A stretch of 64,000 nt of DNA, taken from NCBI GenBank assembly GCA_016192945.1, contig JACPTE010000034.1:956-64955 (forward strand), in the 5' to 3' direction. Of the stretch, positions 18,381 through 25,669 are shown piece by piece. Made by a program: the position numbers and the translations under genes. How positions within the stretch are numbered: the first letter of the stretch is position 1; each line of letters opens with the position of its first letter. The DNA is from Candidatus Woesearchaeota archaeon (GTDB lineage: Archaea; Nanobdellota; Nanobdellia; Woesearchaeales; UBA10216). The notes below the pieces were generated by a model that was not told the DNA's origin, did no database searches, and worked only from the letters and a program-made list of their open reading frames with translations.

Positions 18381-18764
18381 TCACTTGACTGATAATGATG
18401 CGCTGCTCCTTGTAGCCCCTATTCCCGGAGCGTGATGAGACACTTTCTTTCTGGTGAAAACAAATTCCCCAAGATAGTGGCCTATCATCTCAGGCACTAT
18501 AATGACAGCTACAAACTCCTTCCCATTATGCACGCGCAGTGTCTTATTGACCATATCTGGAAGGATTATCATATCCCTGCAGTGTGTCTTTATTACCTGC
18601 TTGTTTCCCTTTACCCTTTCCATCACTTTTTTCTGCTGCACTGTAAGCCCCCTCTTCAGGCTTCTTCTCTGCCTTGATGTGAGCAGGTCCTGAAATTCCT
18701 TAAGCCCCATTTTCTGGAGATCTTCCAATGTTTTCCCCTTGAACGTGAATTCTTTCCTTGCCAT
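18381..18764 (-). CDS. rps19: 30S ribosomal protein S19 (uS19)
   Basis: C-terminal GHYLGEFVFTRKKVSHHAPGIGATRSS uS19 signature. Confidence 0.85.
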   Translation of the reverse strand: MARKEFTFKGKTLEDLQKMGLKEFQDLLTSRQRRSLKRGLTVQQKKVMERVKGNKQVIKTHCRDMIILPDMVNKTLRVHNGKEFVAVIIVPEMIGHYLGEFVFTRKKVSHHAPGIGATRSSASLSVK

Positions 18765-18765
18765 T

Positions 18766-19473
18766 TTACTTCCTTCCAGTTCTCCTAGGCCTTATCAGGC
18801 CCACCTTTGCCCCTGGAGGGGCATCCCTCCTGGCAATTGTGACTTTTCCTTTCTTTGATGTTCTTGAGCCTCCGAAAGGATGGTCAACCGCATTCATTGC
18901 CAATGCGCTTACGCTTGGATAGAGCTTGTTCCTCACATCCATCCTGTGCCATTTTCTCCCTGCCTTCAGGAACGGCTTTTCTGTCCTTCCTGAGCCTGCA
19001 ACCACGCCTACAGAGGCCCTGCATTCCGGGCTGAATTCCCTTACCTTCTGCGAGGGAAGCATTACCTGTATCAGGCCCCCGTTTTTTGACTGTATCTTTG
19101 CGAATGTGCCTGAAGACCTTACGAATTTCCCGCCATCACCAGGCTTGCTTTCAATGTTGAATACTGTCGTTCCTTCAGGCATGTTTTTCAGGGCCAATAT
19201 ATTACCCTCTTTTACATCAGCTTCAATTCCATGCTCTATAAAATCACCTGTTCTCATCCCGTGAGGGGCTATAAGCAGGGTTTCTTCCTGCCCGAACACT
19301 ACCTTTGCAATCGGGGCAGTGTGCCCTGTTGAGTGCAGTATGTCAACCACCCTTCCGGTTTCCTTCTGCAATGGAATATGCCTGTATTTTACGTCCCCTA
19401 TGAAATTGAAGCTTGGCGACCTGTAGGTAATGCTTCCCTTTCCACGCTTCTGCTGAGTCAGGTTTTTTCCCAT
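18766..19473 (-). CDS. rpl2: 50S ribosomal protein L2 (uL2)
   Basis: AMNAVDHPFGGS and the N-terminal RNA-binding segment of uL2. Confidence 0.9.
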   Translation of the reverse strand: MGKNLTQQKRGKGSITYRSPSFNFIGDVKYRHIPLQKETGRVVDILHSTGHTAPIAKVVFGQEETLLIAPHGMRTGDFIEHGIEADVKEGNILALKNMPEGTTVFNIESKPGDGGKFVRSSGTFAKIQSKNGGLIQVMLPSQKVREFSPECRASVGVVAGSGRTEKPFLKAGRKWHRMDVRNKLYPSVSALAMNAVDHPFGGSRTSKKGKVTIARRDAPPGAKVGLIRPRRTGRK

Positions 19474-19482
19474 TTTATGCGA

Positions 19483-19743
19483 CTACATCAACCCCAGTTG
19501 GGTTGCTATCTCTATTGCCGGCGTTTCAGGCTTCAGCTTTATGTAGGCCCTTTTTTTGCCCTTGCTTGTTACAAAAGTCCTGATGCTCTCAACCTTCACC
19601 TTGAATATCTTCTCAACAGACTCCTTGACATCCCTTTTTGATGCCTTGTTGTCTATCACAAACATCAGCTTGTTTTCAGCCTCCATAAGCCTTATGCCCT
19701 TCTCGGTTGAGAGCGGATATTTTATTGCCTTGAATGGTTCCAT
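19483..19743 (-). CDS. rpl23: 50S ribosomal protein L23 (uL23)
   Basis: YPLSTEKGIRLMEAENKLMFVID signature. Confidence 0.8.
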   Translation of the reverse strand: MEPFKAIKYPLSTEKGIRLMEAENKLMFVIDNKASKRDVKESVEKIFKVKVESIRTFVTSKGKKRAYIKLKPETPAIEIATQLGLM

Positions 19744-19755
19744 TTTTCAAAATGC

Positions 19756-20568
19756 CTACATGAACAGCTTTTCCTTTTCCAGCCTTTCAATTGCCAGTTC
19801 AGTGAATACTGCAATTCTTCCAGGAGCGGCCCCAGGAGCCAAAAGCTCTGCATTCACCTTGTCCACTTCAACAACATCAATTCCCCTTATGTTTCTTGCT
19901 GACTTTGCAAGGTCGCATTTTTTTGAAACTACAAGCAGCAATCCCTTTTTTATGATGTACTTGCGACCCCTTTTCTTGCCTTTCCCGGACCTTATTTTCC
20001 TTTCCCTTGTCCTTTCCAGCTCCCCTGCAAATCCCATTGACAGGAGGGCGCTGATGACTTCCCTTGTTTTTTTCAAAGACTCAATGCTGCTTGTTATTGC
20101 GAAGGGATAGCCTTCCGGAGCCCTGTGTCCCCTTCCCGCCACAACCTGAACATCTAAAGTGGCTGCCATTGCAGACCTTATCGCCTTTCGGTTCTCCTTT
20201 TTGTTTATTTTCTTAGCCCATATTTTTTCTGCCTTCGGGGGATGTGCCCTCCTTCCGCCTACTGTTCCCGGGGCGAATGCGCCTGCCCATATAAACCTTC
20301 TTCCCCTCCTGCTCATAGTCTTCCTTGGAACCCTTGATATGCCTATGCCATAAGAGCCCTTGTAGTTCCTCCGTCTTCTGGATATCTTTGCAGACTGCCT
20401 TTTTCCAGCTTCAGGCGATGCTCCATACGGTTGCCTCCTGTTAGCCTGAAGCGCCATGACAGCCCTTTTTATTATGCCTGGGTTCACAGGCTCTGAAAAC
20501 TGGGGCGGCAACTCCATCTGGCCTTTTTTCACATTCCCATCCATAATTGGAAGTTTCATCCTATGCAC
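19756..20568 (-). CDS. rpl4: 50S ribosomal protein L4 (uL4, L1e type)
   Basis: Archaeal/eukaryotic L4 signatures (RRGRRFIWAGAFAPG, KIRSGKGKKRGRKY). Confidence 0.85.
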   Translation of the reverse strand: MHRMKLPIMDGNVKKGQMELPPQFSEPVNPGIIKRAVMALQANRRQPYGASPEAGKRQSAKISRRRRNYKGSYGIGISRVPRKTMSRRGRRFIWAGAFAPGTVGGRRAHPPKAEKIWAKKINKKENRKAIRSAMAATLDVQVVAGRGHRAPEGYPFAITSSIESLKKTREVISALLSMGFAGELERTRERKIRSGKGKKRGRKYIIKKGLLLVVSKKCDLAKSARNIRGIDVVEVDKVNAELLAPGAAPGRIAVFTELAIERLEKEKLFM

Positions 20569-21550
20569 CCTGCTTTGACTGCAGGCTTAAGTAAGCTATC
20601 TGGGGGGCGTGCTCAGGCAAAATCCTGTTTTTCCTTGAGGCGCATATCATCTTTACAAGCCTCTTTTTTGCGCCCTGAACAGAGCCCTTGAGCAGCAGAT
20701 ATGTTGTTTTCACATCCCCATAATGCGGAAATCCCCCGCCAACCCTTATCCCATTCAGGTCTTCAGAAATCCTGATTATCCACTTATTCCTTTCCATCCT
20801 GTTGTGATATCCCATCTGGCCTGCATGTGCAACTGTCCAGCTCCTGTTCCCAGTCCACGGACCGAGATTCCCCGGCCCCCTATTCCCCTTTTCTGACTTG
20901 TGCGGCCTCAATGTAACTCCAAATCTCTTGACAGGGCCCTGAAACCCCTTCCCCCTTGTTACTGCGTAAATGTCCACCTGCTGCCCCTCTTTCAGAATGT
21001 CCTGCACTTTGATATCCTTTCCCAAAGCCTGCTTTGCATAATTGAATTGCTCCCTGACACTGCCGCCTATGGCGAGCTCAAACAGCTCAGGCCTCTTTTT
21101 TCCAACCCTTGCAAGCTTTGGCTGTGTATAAACATTAACCCTTATCTCCGAGAAATCATCAATCTTGCTTTCATACTCCCCAAGTTTTGACTCGTCTGCC
21201 TTCCTGGGCAGGTTTACCTTTGCAGAAAGCTCAGGATCAGCCTTTGCGAAGAATTCTGAAACCAGCTTTAAGCCATAAGGGGTTTTTTTGTAGAAGCGGA
21301 TTGAAGCGACCTTAATCGGGGGGCACTCAACAACAGTAACAGGAGTGAAAACCTCGTTGCCCTTTGTGTGGGAAGCAGGCCTGTTGTCAATAACCAATGC
21401 ATGAGTCATCCCAACCTTATAGCCTGCAAACCCAAGCAGCCGGGCATCCTTGACTTTAGGGAAATGCCTAACCCTGCTATAAGGCCTTGAAGCCTTTTTC
21501 CTCGGCCAAAATTGGAGGCTGCCATGCCTCGGGTTTCTTGTTGTTGCCAT
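20561..21550 (-). CDS. rpl3: 50S ribosomal protein L3 (uL3)
   Basis: Start taken at internal ATG 21550 (MATTRNPRHGSLQFWPRKKA, matching archaeal L3 N-termini); the upstream 31 codons of the track ORF are judged spurious. Confidence 0.85.
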   Translation of the reverse strand: MATTRNPRHGSLQFWPRKKASRPYSRVRHFPKVKDARLLGFAGYKVGMTHALVIDNRPASHTKGNEVFTPVTVVECPPIKVASIRFYKKTPYGLKLVSEFFAKADPELSAKVNLPRKADESKLGEYESKIDDFSEIRVNVYTQPKLARVGKKRPELFELAIGGSVREQFNYAKQALGKDIKVQDILKEGQQVDIYAVTRGKGFQGPVKRFGVTLRPHKSEKGNRGPGNLGPWTGNRSWTVAHAGQMGYHNRMERNKWIIRISEDLNGIRVGGGFPHYGDVKTTYLLLKGSVQGAKKRLVKMICASRKNRILPEHAPQIAYLSLQSKQGA

Positions 21551-21722
21551 AGTCCTGCATACAAAACAACTTCTATCTGTACACGCCAATAATCCTGGTG
21601 TAAAAAGCCTTTTCCTAGAACCCTTTCTTAGAACAAGGCGCAATGCCGAGAAAACCCAGACACGCCCGGTGCTTGGGCCAGATTGGATTCCAATCCGGGA
21701 TTCTTTTTCAGGCTCTTAATAA

Positions 21723-21744
21723 TATCTAACAGCTCTGTTAGATA
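21723..21744. repeat. perfect palindrome TATCTAACAG-CT-CTGTTAGATA just downstream of the MFS gene stop
   Basis: 10-bp arms with 2-bp spacer; a second imperfect palindrome CCAGATTGGA-T-TCCAATCCGG lies at 21678..21698. Confidence 0.4.
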
Positions 21745-21766
21745 CCTTATTGGTAAAATCCGAGAA

Positions 21767-23011
21767 TTATGGCTTATTTATAAAGGTTTGCCCTGCCTCC
21801 TGAAGCGGCCTTAGAACAAAGAAAGAGGCCATTATTATTATCAGAAGAATCCCCATAGCAATCCTGTAAGCAGCAATCTTGCCCAAACCCTCAAACAATA
21901 GAATGACAAAGCCCCACATTAGCGGCCCTGTAATCGCAGAGAACCTGCTTACCATACCATAAATTCCGAAGAATTCGCCAGTCCTCCCACCAGGAGAAAG
22001 CTCAAGCATAAGAACCCTTTCACTGGAATAAATAAACCCTTCTGCAATGCCTAAAATGAAACAAGCAGGCCACATGAGCCACCTGTCTGTAACATTAATG
22101 ACAGTGATTATCCCAAATGAAGCTATTCCAAGGAGCAACCCTGCCTGAAGCATTTTTTTAGCACCTATCCTGCCTATCATACTTCCTGAAACCACGGAGC
22201 CTGCAAGGGCAGCTATCATCGTAATAGCTGCAAAAAACCTGAAATCATTGTCAGGCATATCCATAATAACTGCCGCATAAAGGGCAATAAAAATCTGGAA
22301 AGTGTTTGCAGCATCATTATAAAGAAACCTGGCAATGAAAAGCCTGAAAATTCCAGGATAATCCCTGAGGGACTTAAGCGTCCTTACAGATTTGTGAAAA
22401 TTGGCTTTGGCAATTGCAATAAAAGTGCCCTTCCTTAGAACAGGAGAATTTTCCCTTACAAAAAGAAAGCATGGAATTGCAAACAGAAGAAAAAACAACG
22501 ATGTAGGGAGAAATGCATTTGCCCTATTCCCGCTTACAAAAAGCCCAATCAAAAAGATGCCTATTCCAAAACCTGCAAAATTTGTTGCCATGCCAATCCC
22601 AGACACCATTCCCCTGTTTTTTTTACTGCTCACAGAAGAGAGAAGTGAATCGTAAAAAACAGCTCCTGCAGTAAATCCATATACAGACAGGGCAAAAGAA
22701 AACAAGGCAAGAGCATGGTTCCTGGTGGCCAGGAGTGCTGTAAATACAACACACAAAATCGTGAAAAAAATCAGGAAGGGCTTCTTTTTTCCATAATGGT
22801 CTGATATGGCGCCAAGCCACGGGGCAGTAAGGACGAGAAGAAGATTTGCAGCAGCGTATGCCATGCTTATGTAAATCTCCTTCCCTCCAAGGTCCTTAAC
22901 AAAATATAATGCAAAATACAATGTGAGAATATTGATTGAATACAAAGAATTTGCAAAGTCAAAAAGAGCCCAGCTGCCTATCCTGACATTCTTCAATAAA
23001 CCTTCTGCCAC
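21767..23011 (-). CDS. MFS-family transporter
   Basis: 414 aa, about 12 TM helices with a central loop; MFS motif-A-like GRIGAKK after TM8. Confidence 0.6.
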   Translation of the reverse strand: MAEGLLKNVRIGSWALFDFANSLYSINILTLYFALYFVKDLGGKEIYISMAYAAANLLLVLTAPWLGAISDHYGKKKPFLIFFTILCVVFTALLATRNHALALFSFALSVYGFTAGAVFYDSLLSSVSSKKNRGMVSGIGMATNFAGFGIGIFLIGLFVSGNRANAFLPTSLFFLLFAIPCFLFVRENSPVLRKGTFIAIAKANFHKSVRTLKSLRDYPGIFRLFIARFLYNDAANTFQIFIALYAAVIMDMPDNDFRFFAAITMIAALAGSVVSGSMIGRIGAKKMLQAGLLLGIASFGIITVINVTDRWLMWPACFILGIAEGFIYSSERVLMLELSPGGRTGEFFGIYGMVSRFSAITGPLMWGFVILLFEGLGKIAAYRIAMGILLIIIMASFFVLRPLQEAGQTFINKP

Positions 23012-23042
23012 AATAATGATTAAATTGTAGAATATATAATTT

Positions 23043-24368
23043 TTACCCCTGTTTCCCCCTCCTCTTGGAAAACACTACCGGGTTTTTGCATCGGCTGCAG
23101 ATAGACTCGTCGCATTTTATGCCCATGTCAGAGTAGTAGCCTGTGTTGCTGCAGTTTGGAGGCGGCGCCTTCTTCCGTTTTTCCCTGTGGTACATCAGCT
23201 GCCCCTCAACATACGGCCCGCCCAATGGGGGCTTGTTCTTGCTATTCCATTCATTCACCAAGCTTTCAATATCCTTGTATTCCCAGCCAACGCTTGAAAG
23301 GAAGTTCAGCAGGATGAACAGGGCTCGCTTCCTTCCGTCTTCCATTCCAAGCATTATCTTCTGTATGCAGGGCGGCCAATTCTCCTGCAATACAGCGCCT
23401 TCCGGGGCATCAAATCTCTGGCTCCTCGCTTCCTGAGCCTGCCTTATTTTTGCAGCAGAGCTTTCCATGTAGAACCAATATGCCTGGTCAAAAAGCTCCT
23501 TTGCATCATTCAGCCTTGCCTTTTCCCTGTCCAGGAACCTGTATTCTGATACAGAAACATTTTCAGGAGCAGCATCCGGCTTTTCAAACCCCATTATCCC
23601 CTTAGGGCTTATGGGGAGGGAAACAAGCCCTGACTTTTCATGCAGGCTGTAAGGCATCCTGTAAAGGTGCCTCGTGGATATCAATACTGTGTCTATGTTA
23701 AGGAAGGATTCTATGTATCCTGAAATCTTATCCTGAACCTGCTGCTCTGTATCAGAGTGCTTTATCCTGAATTCCTCAGTCAGATGCTTTCCTGTCCTGG
23801 CTATTACCTGCGAGATGTTTTTTTCCATCTCCATAAGCCTGTTTTTGACGTTCCTCTTGATGAGATGCCTGATGTATCCGGCAGCATACCTTGCAGCATC
23901 AGGGAAAAGAAGCCTTGTTTCCCTGCCGCTTATCTCAGGAGGAAATGAGCCGAATGGAACGCCTATGTGGAACCCCTTATTTCCGCTGAACTTCACGCTT
24001 ATTGACTCCAACCCCAAGGCATCCAGTTTCCTGACTATTTCATCTGCAGCAATCTTAGAATACTCAAGCAATGCGCAGTCAACATCAAGCACCAGGTCCC
24101 AGCCAATCCTCAAATCATCTGCCTCAGCCTTCTCCATCATAGTGCTGAGCCTTAACGGATTGCTCCAAAGCTCCTCTGAGGCGTGAAATGATGTTGCGCC
24201 CCTCTGCGCAAGCTCAAGAACCTCGCCAGGATATTTAAGCACATCAGGCCTGTGCCCGAAACTGTCGCCGAACCTCGCCACAGCCTCCTTAGACTCGGCA
24301 CTATATATTATCTCTGCCTGGATATCCTCCCGCTTATAGTGCCTTATGGCAGTGCCTATTCCAATCAT
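23043..24368 (-). CDS. priS: DNA primase small (catalytic) subunit PriS with C-terminal Cys-rich tail
   Basis: Archaeo-eukaryotic primase motifs DLVLDVD (motif I) and FSGNKGFHIGVPF (SGxxGxH); C-terminal CSNTG...CDESICSRCKNP zinc-ribbon-like segment. Confidence 0.6.
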   Translation of the reverse strand: MIGIGTAIRHYKREDIQAEIIYSAESKEAVARFGDSFGHRPDVLKYPGEVLELAQRGATSFHASEELWSNPLRLSTMMEKAEADDLRIGWDLVLDVDCALLEYSKIAADEIVRKLDALGLESISVKFSGNKGFHIGVPFGSFPPEISGRETRLLFPDAARYAAGYIRHLIKRNVKNRLMEMEKNISQVIARTGKHLTEEFRIKHSDTEQQVQDKISGYIESFLNIDTVLISTRHLYRMPYSLHEKSGLVSLPISPKGIMGFEKPDAAPENVSVSEYRFLDREKARLNDAKELFDQAYWFYMESSAAKIRQAQEARSQRFDAPEGAVLQENWPPCIQKIMLGMEDGRKRALFILLNFLSSVGWEYKDIESLVNEWNSKNKPPLGGPYVEGQLMYHREKRKKAPPPNCSNTGYYSDMGIKCDESICSRCKNPVVFSKRRGKQG

Positions 24369-24389
24369 GGAGCCAGCGTATGGATGATA

Positions 24390-24397
24390 TTATATAA
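24390..24397. promoter_or_regulatory. palindromic TATA box TTATATAA shared by divergent leaderless priS and Toprim genes
   Basis: Octamer centre lies 25.5 nt from the A of the priS ATG (24368) and 26.5 nt from the A of the Toprim ATG (24420). Confidence 0.5.
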
Positions 24398-24419
24398 TAG
24401 TTATGGCACGCGATACCCT

Positions 24420-24773
24420 ATGGCAAAACAGGATGCTGGACAGCTGCTGAATGAGCAGGTAGGGCGGCTTTCAAATGTCGGGGTAGTGATAGTTGAGGGG
24501 AAAAAAGACAAGATAGCCCTTGAAAAACTCGGGGTTAAGAATATCATTACAATATCAAAGCCGCTGTACCTGGTGATAGACGAAGCTGCTGCAAAGGCTG
24601 CGGATGCAGCAATACTTACAGACCTGGACAGGGAAGGCAGGAAATTATACAGCAGGCTTTCTTCAGGGCTCCAAATGCAGGGGGTTGCAATAGATAACTC
24701 ATTCAGGAATTTCCTGTTCAGGAAAACAAAGCTCAGGCAGATAGAAGGGATATATGACTATTTTTATCGCTAA
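24420..24773 (+). CDS. small Toprim-domain protein (COG1658-like small primase-like protein)
   Basis: 117 aa from internal ATG 24420; Toprim catalytic E (VVIVEGKKD) and DxD (ILTDLDREG); the upstream part of the track ORF overlaps the promoter. Confidence 0.5.
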   Translation: MAKQDAGQLLNEQVGRLSNVGVVIVEGKKDKIALEKLGVKNIITISKPLYLVIDEAAAKAADAAILTDLDREGRKLYSRLSSGLQMQGVAIDNSFRNFLFRKTKLRQIEGIYDYFYR

Positions 24774-24803
24774 ATTTTTATACCAGTAAAATATGCCCTG
24801 TTT

Positions 24804-25652
24804 ATGTCTCTTGGAAACCAGATAAAGACAGTGATACTGCTCGGGATACTGACAGGAATACTACTCGGGTTCGGATACTTTGTTGGAGGGCAGGGAGGGC
24901 TGCTGGTTGCATTGATTTTCTCAATCGCCCTGAATTTCGGGATGTACTGGTTCTCTGACAGGATAGTGCTCGCAATTTATGGAGCCAAGCCTGCAGAAGA
25001 AAATGAATACCCCAAGCTCCACAAGATTGTTGACGAGGTGTCCAGGGCTGCAAAAATACCCAAGCCCAGGGTCTATATAATCCCTTCACAGGCTGCAAAC
25101 GCATTTGCCACAGGAAGAAGCCCGAGCCACGCAGCTGTTGCCTGCACGCAGGGAATAATGGGATTGCTTAGCGAGGATGAGCTCAGGGGAGTAATCTCGC
25201 ACGAGATAAGCCATGTGAGAAACAGGGATGTTCTGATAACAACCATCGCAGCCACAATAGCTGGCGTAATAAGCTACCTTGCCAATATTGTGCAGTGGAC
25301 AGCCATATTTGGAGGAAGGGATGAAGACGGCAGGGGAAACATACTCGGGCTGCTGATTCTTGCCATACTAACCCCCATAATAGCGCTGATAATACAGCTC
25401 GCCATATCAAGAAGCCGCGAGTTCCTGGCAGACGAAACAGGCGCGAGGACAATAAGGGATTCAAAAGGCCTTGCCTCAGCCCTCCAGAAGCTTGAGGCAG
25501 AGTCACAGAAAAAACCATTAAGGATGGGCAGCGAGGCAACTGCAAGCCTTTTCATTGTCAACCCATTCAGGGGAGGAGGCCTTTTAGCTCTCCTGTCAAC
25601 CCATCCCCCGCTTCAGGCCAGAATTAAAAGGCTGCACGAGATGAAGATTTAA
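24804..25652 (+). CDS. htpX: HtpX-like M48 zinc metalloprotease
   Basis: 4 TM helices; HEISHVRNRD zinc motif; downstream E (EFLADE); C-terminal HPPLQARI typical of HtpX. Confidence 0.8.
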   Translation: MSLGNQIKTVILLGILTGILLGFGYFVGGQGGLLVALIFSIALNFGMYWFSDRIVLAIYGAKPAEENEYPKLHKIVDEVSRAAKIPKPRVYIIPSQAANAFATGRSPSHAAVACTQGIMGLLSEDELRGVISHEISHVRNRDVLITTIAATIAGVISYLANIVQWTAIFGGRDEDGRGNILGLLILAILTPIIALIIQLAISRSREFLADETGARTIRDSKGLASALQKLEAESQKKPLRMGSEATASLFIVNPFRGGGLLALLSTHPPLQARIKRLHEMKI

Positions 25653-25669
25653 ACACAGCCTGCGAATGC

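Noticed and set aside
10918-19473. Numerous 60-190-aa ORFs on the plus strand or in alternate frames inside ribosomal protein genes (e.g. 11021..11401, 12667..13158, 13984..14493, 17504..17866, 19556..20110)
   Set aside because: All are antisense or out of frame with confidently identified r-protein genes and show low-complexity composition.
21551-21643. 31-codon N-terminal extension of the L3 ORF (MRLVLRKGSRKRLF...)
   Set aside because: Archaeal L3 proteins begin at the equivalent of MATTRNPRHGSLQF; extension not homologous.
21737-21748. TTAGATACC 9-mer upstream of L3, identical to the IS operator-like motif
   Set aside because: A single 9-mer match is within chance expectation for 64 kb; noted only as a weak link in finding 15.
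24252-24419. Upstream part of ORF 24252..24773 (56 codons before MAKQDAG)
   Set aside because: Overlaps the priS 5' end and the shared TATA box; Toprim homology starts after ATG 24420.
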